Made by a program: the position numbers and the translations under genes | Notes under the pieces: generated by a model | The model's input: only the letters and a program-made list of their open reading frames with translations | The model's database searches: none | Told to the model about the DNA's origin: nothing | Shown here: piece after piece, positions 25,966 through 32,000 of the stretch | Numbering within the stretch: position 1 is the stretch's first letter | Layout: each line of letters starts with the position of its first letter | Assembly: GCA_000008085.1 (NCBI GenBank) | Contig: AE017199.1 | Span: 120,001 to 152,000 of the forward strand | Direction of reading: 5' to 3' | DNA: 32,000 bases | Source of the DNA: Nanoarchaeum equitans Kin4-M | GTDB lineage: Archaea; Nanobdellota; Nanobdellia; Nanobdellales; Nanoarchaeaceae

Positions 25966-26014
25966 TCAGTCTCCGGGTTCTTCTTCATTTATCTGAGTAG
26001 TCTAGCGTCATCAT
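25966..26014 (-). ncRNA. Candidate C/D box sRNA in the divergent intergenic region
   Basis: Minus strand reads ATGATGA (C, 26014..26008), a 12-nt spacer CGCTAGACTACT, CAGA (D' variant), TAA, ATGAAGA (C' variant), a 12-nt spacer AGAACCCGGAGA, then CTGA (D, 25969..25966), followed by GTTTTT. Confidence 0.6.
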
Positions 26015-26042
26015 TTATAATTGGGCTTTCGCTTTTACGATT

Positions 26043-26624
26043 GTGAAAAACCTAGAATTTAAAGGAGAATATAAAGATCTAATAATTAGTGGTAAAAAGG
26101 TTGCTACAATTAGGATTGGTAAGCTACCAATAAAAAAGGGACAAAAATTATATATACATTCTGGGGGCTATGTTATTGGAGAAGCGATAGTAAAAGATGT
26201 TAAAATAATAAGGCTAAAAGATATAGATAACGATATGGCAAAAAAAGACGGATTTGAATCGAAAGAAGAGTTAATAGCTAAACTTAAAGAGCATTATCCT
26301 TTTTTAAAAAAGGACGAGCCATTAACTTATATAGAGTTCGAGTTTAAACCATATGAAAATCCTATCCCTAGTGAAGACTTTGCTTGGCAAGGTTTCGAAA
26401 AAAACCCAATAGAGATTGCTAAAATCGGAATAGAAAAGAAAGATGAATTATTGTTATCAAACAAAGAAGTTGAATTGCTTAAAATTCTAATCGAAGAGGG
26501 CTCTATAAGAAAAGCAGCATTAAGGTTAGGAAATCTAAAGAAGAGAGAGATATTTAGAAGGATATTAAGAAAAATAATGCGACGCCTTCAATCTATGGAG
26601 TCAACTAAGGATTTAAGTGAGTGA
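26043..26624 (+). CDS. ASCH (PUA-like) domain protein with a possible C-terminal HTH
   Basis: The N-terminus FKGEYKDLIISGKKVATIRIG...LYIHSGGYVIGEAIV...DAKKDGFES is ASCH-like. The C-terminus LSNKEVELLKILIEEGSIRKAALRLG is HTH-like. GTG start. Confidence 0.5.
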   Translation: MKNLEFKGEYKDLIISGKKVATIRIGKLPIKKGQKLYIHSGGYVIGEAIVKDVKIIRLKDIDNDMAKKDGFESKEELIAKLKEHYPFLKKDEPLTYIEFEFKPYENPIPSEDFAWQGFEKNPIEIAKIGIEKKDELLLSNKEVELLKILIEEGSIRKAALRLGNLKKREIFRRILRKIMRRLQSMESTKDLSE

Positions 26625-26731
26625 CCAGTTTTAATTGCAGTTTTGCTTGCATTCGATGTTAAAGTAGTACTAATTAAAATTAATGCCAAGGATAAAACCA
26701 AAATAATTATATAATTAACTATCGCTCTCAT
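26588..26731 (-). CDS. Untracked 47-aa ORF with a prepilin-like N-terminus (MRAIVNYIIILVLSLALILISTTLTSNASKTAIKTGHSLKSLVDSID)
   Basis: I translated this by hand. Its ATG (26731..26729) forms an ATGA overlap with the PEBP stop (26730..26728). It fills an otherwise unexplained 103-nt gap and is below the ORF-track size cut-off. Confidence 0.45.
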   Translation of the reverse strand: MRAIVNYIIILVLSLALILISTTLTSNASKTAIKTGHSLKSLVDSID

Positions 26732-27267
26732 CTTCCATATAAATAAACAAATTCTTGCTTTTCTAATGCGTGCTCTTTGACAAACTTTATTATATCGGTT
26801 TTTTCTATTATGTCTTTATCCGGTTTGCTGTCCAATTTATATACTTCGAATACATATCTATGGGGTTTCCCTTTTGGAGGGCAAGGTCCATCGTAGCCAA
26901 TTCCTTTAATATTGCCAGTAATATAATTATAATAGTAGAAATCATTGTAGGTTTGTATAAAGTTTTCACCTTTGTGTGTTTTTGGTAACCCCTCTAGTAT
27001 CTCTTTGCCCCAAAATATTATTCCCCAATGGAACCAATCGCCCGCGGGAGCATCGGGGTCATGCATTATTATAGCATAAATACCTGGCTCGTTAAACTCT
27101 ATTCTTGGATTAATGTTTTCGCCATCACAAGTATATTTTTTAGGCATGAATTCACTATCTATATATATTTTGGCAAACCCCATATTATTTGAGGGAGGCG
27201 AAAAATAATAAAATATGAAACCAACGGATAGTAGTAAAGGGATCGCTATTAAAACTTTTTTCTCCAT
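26728..27267 (-). CDS. PEBP (YbhB/YbcL, Raf-kinase-inhibitor-like) family protein with an N-terminal signal or anchor
   Basis: YTCDGENINP, HDPDAPAGDWFHW, and GYDGPCPPKGKPHRYVFEVYKLD. Confidence 0.8.
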   Translation of the reverse strand: MEKKVLIAIPLLLSVGFIFYYFSPPSNNMGFAKIYIDSEFMPKKYTCDGENINPRIEFNEPGIYAIIMHDPDAPAGDWFHWGIIFWGKEILEGLPKTHKGENFIQTYNDFYYYNYITGNIKGIGYDGPCPPKGKPHRYVFEVYKLDSKPDKDIIEKTDIIKFVKEHALEKQEFVYLYGR

Positions 27268-27272
27268 ATATT

Positions 27273-27278
27273 TTTAAA
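27273..27278 (+). promoter_or_regulatory. TATA-like box (TTTAAA) for gene 27299..28270
   Basis: 27278+21=27299. Confidence 0.55.
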
Positions 27279-27287
27279 TTTTATACA

Positions 27288-27293
27288 TTTAAA
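27288..27293 (-). promoter_or_regulatory. TATA-like box (TTTAAA) for the PEBP gene
   Basis: 27288-21=27267. Confidence 0.55.
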
Positions 27294-27298
27294 GCTAT

Positions 27299-28270
27299 AT
27301 GTTAGTAAGAATTGCTGAGGAAATTCTTGAAAACACTTTAATTAGAGTTGAAGATAAAATTAGAACTGGGACTTTTCCCACTTTTTTAACTATCCAAGTT
27401 TTCGTTTATTTGTTTTTTATATCTTTTATATTAACGATTGCAGCTTTTGTAATAATGTATTATTTGGTTAACTTTTTAATACCAAATGTAAATGCTAGCT
27501 TAATAACTTTGTTATCATTGGTTGTTATTGTGCCTATATTAACTATAGTGACTGCCCGATTAATTGTTTGGCTATTAGAAGGGTTTAGAGTTGATAATTT
27601 ATCTCAATCACTAAGAAAAAGTTTTTTTGTTTTGTTTTCTTTATTGGGTTTATTCCTTGGGCCTTTCATTTCTAGTGGTTATATACTAACGCTATTCCAA
27701 AATTCTACTCCTGTTTTAGCCCAAACGAGTTTTGTTTTGCCAGCAATAGCCCAATATTTTAGTATATCAATTCCTATGTTTTTGAAAGTGCTAACCCATA
27801 ATTTAAGTGTAGCAGGAGTTTTATTATTATTAGCCATATTTTTGGGAGAAGACGCATTTTTCATACTATTATATAATGCTGTAGCGTTAGCAACATTAAT
27901 TACAGATTTATTACCGAAAACAGATCTAGCCCATGCAATAGCGAATTGGTTGTTATTCACAATAATGTCCCTCCCCCATATGATACCAGAATTTTTAGGG
28001 TTTTTGGCTTTCTATTTATTAGGAGTCTACATTAGTTTTAGATATTGGGAACCATTAAAAGAATGGCTAAAAGAGAATGGTTTATTATTAAGATCCGAAG
28101 TGTATAAAGAATTAGAAGAAGAAATAGATATAATAGAAAGATGGCAAAAGAAAATGAGTGGGTATTATGTTTTAATGATGTTCATACTAGGAGTAATATT
28201 AATAATAGTTGGAGCAATTATTGAAGTCTTTGTAACAGCCCCAATAATTAGGGCCATACTAAAAATATGA
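27299..28270 (+). CDS. Polytopic membrane protein, possibly DUF95/SpoIIM-like
   Basis: THNLSVAG...LLYNAVALA and LPHMIPEFLGFLAFYLLG resemble SpoIIM-family motifs. Family call from memory only. Confidence 0.45.
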   Translation: MLVRIAEEILENTLIRVEDKIRTGTFPTFLTIQVFVYLFFISFILTIAAFVIMYYLVNFLIPNVNASLITLLSLVVIVPILTIVTARLIVWLLEGFRVDNLSQSLRKSFFVLFSLLGLFLGPFISSGYILTLFQNSTPVLAQTSFVLPAIAQYFSISIPMFLKVLTHNLSVAGVLLLLAIFLGEDAFFILLYNAVALATLITDLLPKTDLAHAIANWLLFTIMSLPHMIPEFLGFLAFYLLGVYISFRYWEPLKEWLKENGLLLRSEVYKELEEEIDIIERWQKKMSGYYVLMMFILGVILIIVGAIIEVFVTAPIIRAILKI

Positions 28271-29250
28271 AACCTATCTTAATTTTATTAGCTGTAGTAT
28301 TAATTATAGTATTTTTTATTTTGTTGCCTTTTATTCCTTACATAGCTACTGGGGCAGTAATAGCCTATTTTCTATGGCCCTTATATAAAAGGCTATCCAA
28401 ATTTGTCCCAAAAAGAATTGCGGCCCTTGGTTTAATAATTGTTTTGGGCTTAATAATTGGAGCTACAACTTATTACTCCTCTTTAGTTTTGTATGTTGAG
28501 TTGTCTAAATATTTACCCACCATAATAAAACAATATAGCTCTAACCAAATGGTTGGAAAATATTTACCAATCGTTTTACAAAAACTTTATCCAACCATAT
28601 TAGATTATGCTACTTCTCTGATAAAGCTATTGCCAGACATGTTTTTAGGCATATTTATAGCGATGCTAAGCGCTTACTATTTCTTATTGGATGGACAAAA
28701 AGCAATAGATTATATAATCAATTGGATTGCTGAAAGTAAAGAGGATAGAAACCAAATAATTAATACAACCAAATCTTATCTAGATGCAGTAATAATTGGT
28801 ACTATATTTGGGGCTCTAGCCCAAGCGGTTGTGTCCTATATTGGTTTCTTAATATTAAACATAAAACTTGCTTTAGTTTTATCTATATTGGTTTTTATAG
28901 TAGCGATATTGCCTATTGTAGGTCCATCAATGATATGGGTTTTGTTAGCCCTATATTATTTTATGCAGAATAACATTAGTTTTACAATATTTTCTTTAGT
29001 ATATGGCTTATTCGTTGTGGGATTGATAGATAATATTGTAAGAATGTTCACAGTTTCGTCTAAAGCAGATATACATCCTTTGTTAGCGGCATTATCCATG
29101 ATTGGGGGGTCTATACTAATGGGATTTGCCGGCCTATTTTTGGGCCCAGTATTAGTTGGTTTAGCCTTATCTCTTATTGATTATATAAAAAACAAAAGAA
29201 TTTATTCTTCTTCAATTTCTTCGAGCTCCTCAAATTCTTCGTCAATGTAA
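28267..29250 (+). CDS. AI-2E family transporter (PerM/UPF0118-like)
   Basis: Eight or so helices. PIVGPSMIWVLLALYYF and GLIDNIVRMF...IHPLLAALSMIGGSILMGFAGLFLGPVL. The ATG forms an ATGA overlap with the upstream stop (28267..28270). Confidence 0.65.
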   Translation: MKPILILLAVVLIIVFFILLPFIPYIATGAVIAYFLWPLYKRLSKFVPKRIAALGLIIVLGLIIGATTYYSSLVLYVELSKYLPTIIKQYSSNQMVGKYLPIVLQKLYPTILDYATSLIKLLPDMFLGIFIAMLSAYYFLLDGQKAIDYIINWIAESKEDRNQIINTTKSYLDAVIIGTIFGALAQAVVSYIGFLILNIKLALVLSILVFIVAILPIVGPSMIWVLLALYYFMQNNISFTIFSLVYGLFVVGLIDNIVRMFTVSSKADIHPLLAALSMIGGSILMGFAGLFLGPVLVGLALSLIDYIKNKRIYSSSISSSSSNSSSM

Positions 29251-29420
29251 TAATCATCTTCTTCCTCTTCTACTTCTTCATATAGATCTTCCATATATTC
29301 TTCATATTCCTCATCGTACTCCTCTTCTTCTTCCTCTTCGGGTAATTTCTTTTTATCTAAGATGTCCATGGCACTATTTATGATGGGATTTTGTTTAAAA
29401 GTTAGTATTTTTAAATACAA
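29202..29420 (-). CDS. Small poly-acidic Glu/Tyr-rich protein
   Basis: ...MDILDKKKLPEEEEEEEYDEEYEEYMEDLYEEVEEEEDDYYIDEEFEELEEIEEE. The start is uncertain (TTG 29420 or ATG 29369). It is the last gene of the CaCA-like operon. Confidence 0.45.
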   Translation of the reverse strand: MYLKILTFKQNPIINSAMDILDKKKLPEEEEEEEYDEEYEEYMEDLYEEVEEEEDDYYIDEEFEELEEIEEE

Positions 29421-29716
29421 CGAATATCTTTTTTATTATAAACATATAGAATGGGTTTGCCATTTTTTAGCTTAACAAAGCCAAATCCCTCAATTTTTAC
29501 ACAATTAATCTTTATGCCTTTCATTTCTATGCATTTGTCATAGCAAATTCGATAGTAACACCAATCGTTAATACATTGTTTGTATTTTATTTCGCCCATA
29601 AATTTTACCCTTTCTCCCATATACTCTTTTATATCTCTAAAATTTATGGGCTTTTGCAAATTTTGTATAATAAATAAAATTGCTATGCCAAAAACTGCCA
29701 ATAAGTTATACCGCAT
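29411..29716 (-). CDS. Small secreted or anchored Cys-rich protein, unknown function
   Basis: Starts MRYNLLAVFGIAILFII and has 6 Cys (CINDWCYYRICYDKC...). It overlaps the upstream gene by 11 nt. Confidence 0.5.
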   Translation of the reverse strand: MRYNLLAVFGIAILFIIQNLQKPINFRDIKEYMGERVKFMGEIKYKQCINDWCYYRICYDKCIEMKGIKINCVKIEGFGFVKLKNGKPILYVYNKKDIRCI

Positions 29717-30581
29717 GCACCAAATAGGTAAACAACGCTATCAACATTATAATTATCTCTTCTTTATCTATTTTGCCTAGTTTCCCTGCTACTAATAGCA
29801 TATAGGATGTTATTATAGACAAATATATCAAAGAAAGCTCAGTAGGTTTTAGTTTTATTTCTCCGTATAGCAAAGGAATAATACCTAAAGCCAAAGTTAA
29901 TAGAGTTATTGTGCTACCAACGCTTTCTTCTAAAGTATGTTTATCCGATACCAAAGCAGAAACTAATTGGGGAACTACCGATACTAAACCTAATAAAAGA
30001 CCAACCAAATTCGGGGATAAATTAGTTCTAATAACATAGTATAGAACAATGTTTATAACCAAAGACATAGTTACCATCCCTAATAGAATGGGTGATATCT
30101 CATTGTAAAAAGTGGAAAAATCAATCTTCTTACCCCTACTTTCATATAAAGTTGCTAACAATATTAAAAAGTAAGCTAATACTAATAATAAACCATCTAA
30201 TTCTGTTATTATTCCATCAACTACTGCTAAGAATGGCAAAAACAAAGCAAAAACTATTAAATCTAAATAGCCTTCTATATGTTTAAGGGAAACTTCTTTT
30301 TTCCCTTTTATATAATAGATTAACATAGAGAATACTACTCCAAACAATGCAGAAGTAGTAATTATGTATAATGGAGTTTTATAATTAAAAATGTTGTTGC
30401 CGAATACGATTAATAACAACTCTGGGATAGACATTATCAAAGAGGCTAAAACGAAACCCGATAAATGCTCTAACATGTTTACTTTTTTTAGGAACGATTT
30501 TATCGATACTGTTACTAAAGAACTGGCCAAAGCAACAACGAAAGAGGATAAAACTATGTTAATAAATATATTATAGTCCAT
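29706..30581 (-). CDS. Polytopic membrane protein, likely a Ca2+/cation antiporter (CaCA, YrbG-like)
   Basis: Two alpha-repeat-like segments, SGFVLASLIMSIPELLLIVFG and VGLLLGLVSVVPQLVSALVS, in about 10 helices. Confidence 0.5.
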   Translation of the reverse strand: MDYNIFINIVLSSFVVALASSLVTVSIKSFLKKVNMLEHLSGFVLASLIMSIPELLLIVFGNNIFNYKTPLYIITTSALFGVVFSMLIYYIKGKKEVSLKHIEGYLDLIVFALFLPFLAVVDGIITELDGLLLVLAYFLILLATLYESRGKKIDFSTFYNEISPILLGMVTMSLVINIVLYYVIRTNLSPNLVGLLLGLVSVVPQLVSALVSDKHTLEESVGSTITLLTLALGIIPLLYGEIKLKPTELSLIYLSIITSYMLLVAGKLGKIDKEEIIIMLIALFTYLVHAV

Positions 30582-30601
30582 TTTATATTTAGCAATAGAT
30601 A

Positions 30602-30607
30602 TTTAAA
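30602..30607. promoter_or_regulatory. Shared palindromic TTTAAA for the divergent pair 30581(-)/30628(+)
   Basis: 30602-21=30581 and 30607+21=30628. The spacer is exactly 46 bp. Confidence 0.6.
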
Positions 30608-30627
30608 TTTTGATCACACCAAAGCAT

Positions 30628-30831
30628 ATGATAGATATATCTAAAATAAAATTGCCCAAAAACATCGATATTAAACAAATCAAGGAATTGCCTAAAAAAA
30701 TACCCATAAAGGTAAATCTTAAAACGGATTTGGTTAAAATAAACAAAGATAAAGGGACTATCTATATTAACGACAAAAAAATAAAAGAGAAGCTATCAAA
30801 TTTGCTCTCTAAGATCCCCTTTAAGAAATAA
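30628..30831 (+). CDS. Small, very basic Lys/Ile-rich protein (67 aa), unknown function
   Basis: MIDISKIKLPKNIDIKQIKELPKK.... The track starts at TTG 30610, but the ATG at 30628 lies exactly 21 nt from the shared hexamer. Confidence 0.45.
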   Translation: MIDISKIKLPKNIDIKQIKELPKKIPIKVNLKTDLVKINKDKGTIYINDKKIKEKLSNLLSKIPFKK

Positions 30832-31422
30832 CACATTAATATAATGTTTTTTCTTTGTGTGGAAAAAATATATGGGCTTTATTGGAAATTGGTACCTTTT
30901 TATTATTTTAATATCGTAATCCTTTAACTTTTTTAGTTTTTTATATTGCGATTCCTCCCATAATAAATATACAGTTTTGGGCTTGTTTTTTTCTATAAAA
31001 TGAAAAAACTTTCTATATTCATTGCTATTGTGCCCAAATGGTGGGTTAGCAATCACATTTTCTATATTTAATTCCAAATCGCCCACATCTTTTATTAATA
31101 TTTCTACATTATTTAAACCCAAAAGTTCCTTGTTTTTATATAATATTTCTTCTTGCTCAGGATCTTTTTCTATTAAATATACTTTATTCCAACCCACTAG
31201 GGCTAAAGCTAATCCTAATATGCCATTGCCAGAACCCAAATCTGCTATTTCATCTCCAATAGGTATAGCCCACGCTATATCTGCAGCTATTTCAGAAGGG
31301 GTTTGGTATTGCTCCAATTCATATTTAGGATTTTTTATAGGAAGTAGTTTAGATAATATTATCGCTAGTTCTTTCTTGGATAGCTTTCTCGATTCTAATG
31401 ATGGTTTCTCTTTCTTCATCAT
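30796..31422 (-). CDS. SAM-dependent methyltransferase (COG2263 / METTL5-like putative RNA methylase)
   Basis: LEQYQTPSEIAA, motif I DLGSGNGILGLA, and motif IV VIANPPFG. Confidence 0.7.
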   Translation of the reverse strand: MMKKEKPSLESRKLSKKELAIILSKLLPIKNPKYELEQYQTPSEIAADIAWAIPIGDEIADLGSGNGILGLALALVGWNKVYLIEKDPEQEEILYKNKELLGLNNVEILIKDVGDLELNIENVIANPPFGHNSNEYRKFFHFIEKNKPKTVYLLWEESQYKKLKKLKDYDIKIIKRYQFPIKPIYFFHTKKKHYINVLFLKGDLREQI

Positions 31423-31945
31423 CCAAATATTGCCTTATCTCCTTTATATGTCTCTCTACATTTGGTATTAGTTTTTTCTCCAAATAGAGTTTTTTTCTTT
31501 TGGTTTTACCTATCTCTACTAATAATTTTCTAACTGCATCCTCTTCGCTAGCAATTTTTAATATTATTTCTATGGCCTTTTTAAGCTCTTCACTAGCCTT
31601 TTTAAGGTTTTCATCTATATAATAATGAGGTTGCTCTTTAACATTACTCTCCAAATCGAATACTTTAACTCCCATTATGTTTATGGTTTTAGTTTTTATG
31701 GAATAATCTAAAACATCTAAGGAAGAGTATAAAATACCTCTACTTGTTGCGAACTTAAAATAATGGTCATACATGCTTTTTATAATAGGTTGGAGTTCTT
31801 TTCTATATTGTTTTATCTTTTTTAATCTTTTTATTAATTCGAAAACCAAAACATTGAGCTTTTTTTCTAAAATAGATTGGCCCTTTTTGTATAGTTTTAA
31901 CTTTCTTTTTAATTCAATTAGAGTTGTTTTATTCTTGGCATACAC
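31349..31945 (-). CDS. atpD: A/V-type ATP synthase subunit D
   Basis: TTLIELKRKLKLYKKGQSILEKKLNVLVFEL plus a coiled-coil C-terminus. The GTG start lies exactly 21 nt from TTTAAA 31966..31971. Confidence 0.7.
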   Translation of the reverse strand: MYAKNKTTLIELKRKLKLYKKGQSILEKKLNVLVFELIKRLKKIKQYRKELQPIIKSMYDHYFKFATSRGILYSSLDVLDYSIKTKTINIMGVKVFDLESNVKEQPHYYIDENLKKASEELKKAIEIILKIASEEDAVRKLLVEIGKTKRKKLYLEKKLIPNVERHIKEIRQYLDDEERETIIRIEKAIQERTSDNII

Positions 31946-31965
31946 CTATTATTTATAGAAAAATT

Positions 31966-31971
31966 TTTAAA
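31966..31971. promoter_or_regulatory. Shared palindromic TTTAAA for atpD(-) and a plus-strand tRNA-like gene
   Basis: 31966-21=31945 and 31971+21=31992. The spacer is exactly 46 bp. The AAAATTTTTAAAT context is identical to the tRNA-Lys promoter. Confidence 0.6.
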
Positions 31972-31991
31972 TATCTATCTATTGCAATCTC

Positions 31992-32000
31992 GGGGCCGTA
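31992..32000 (+). tRNA. First 9 nt of a tRNA (or tRNA half) gene cut by the window edge
   Basis: GGGGCCGTA matches an acceptor stem plus positions 8-9, as in the other tRNAs here. It starts exactly 21 nt after a tRNA-type promoter hexamer. Confidence 0.4.

Noticed and set aside
25996-26007. The guide CGCTAGACTACT of the 25966..26014 sRNA looks like the complement of the conserved 16S segment GGUAGUCCUAGC
   Set aside because: The match requires a one-base deletion (AGUAGUC-UAGCG against GGUAGUCCUAGC), and I cannot see this organism's 16S sequence. It is not reported as a target and should only be tested by alignment.
29202-29250. Poly-serine C-terminal tail of the AI-2E transporter (YSSSISSSSSNSSSM) as a possible functional low-complexity domain
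   Set aside because: It is the antisense reading of the GAA/GAG-rich acidic ORF on the other strand. It is more likely a by-product of the convergent overlap than a selected feature.
31022-31471. 149-aa plus-strand ORF antisense to the methyltransferase and the atpD 3' end
   Set aside because: The opposite strand carries clear SAM-MTase motifs (DLGSGNG, NPPFG). This frame is Ser/Phe/Ile low complexity.

Overview
This is an AT-rich, almost gap-free archaeal window. It carries three complete tRNA genes of roughly 70% GC by eye, plus the first 9 nt of a fourth at the right edge. That contrast suggests a hyperthermophile with a reduced genome. Gene content and layout resemble Nanoarchaeota such as Nanoarchaeum equitans, but this is an inference I cannot confirm by search.

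Recognisable genes: ftsZ, thermosome, topoisomerase VI subunit B, MBF1, ribosomal protein uL4, YjbQ/UPF0047, a B12-domain radical SAM protein, a PDCD5-like DNA-binding protein, archaeal adenylate kinase, CCA-adding enzyme, AglB/STT3 oligosaccharyltransferase, RNA polymerase subunit B', a Nog1-like GTPase, an ASCH-domain protein, a PEBP-family protein, SpoIIM-like and AI-2E-type membrane proteins, a CaCA-like antiporter, a COG2263-type methyltransferase, A/V-ATPase subunit D and a translin-like protein.

Main hunt results:
1. A five-gene, translationally coupled operon (1928..7263, minus strand) encodes family-less, cysteine-rich proteins with N-terminal anchors. Three start M-R-[G/A] followed by a hydrophobic helix, like prepilin signals, and all five share a Cys module. 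Next to it sits a coiled-coil protein with a transglutaminase-like motif and two polytopic membrane proteins. I read this as a candidate cell-surface or contact apparatus.
2. An untracked 47-aa prepilin-like micro-ORF (26588..26731) is ATGA-coupled to the PEBP gene.
3. Two unannotated C/D box sRNA candidates flank the Nog1-like GTPase gene.
4. Promoter geometry is rigid. A TTTAAA-type hexamer ends 21 nt before the first base of start codons and of tRNA position +1, which implies leaderless transcripts. Four divergent pairs share one palindromic TTTAAA in a spacer of exactly 46 bp.
5. The tRNA-Lys promoter lies inside the last codons of the cca gene.

I saw no CRISPR array, rRNA or mobile element.
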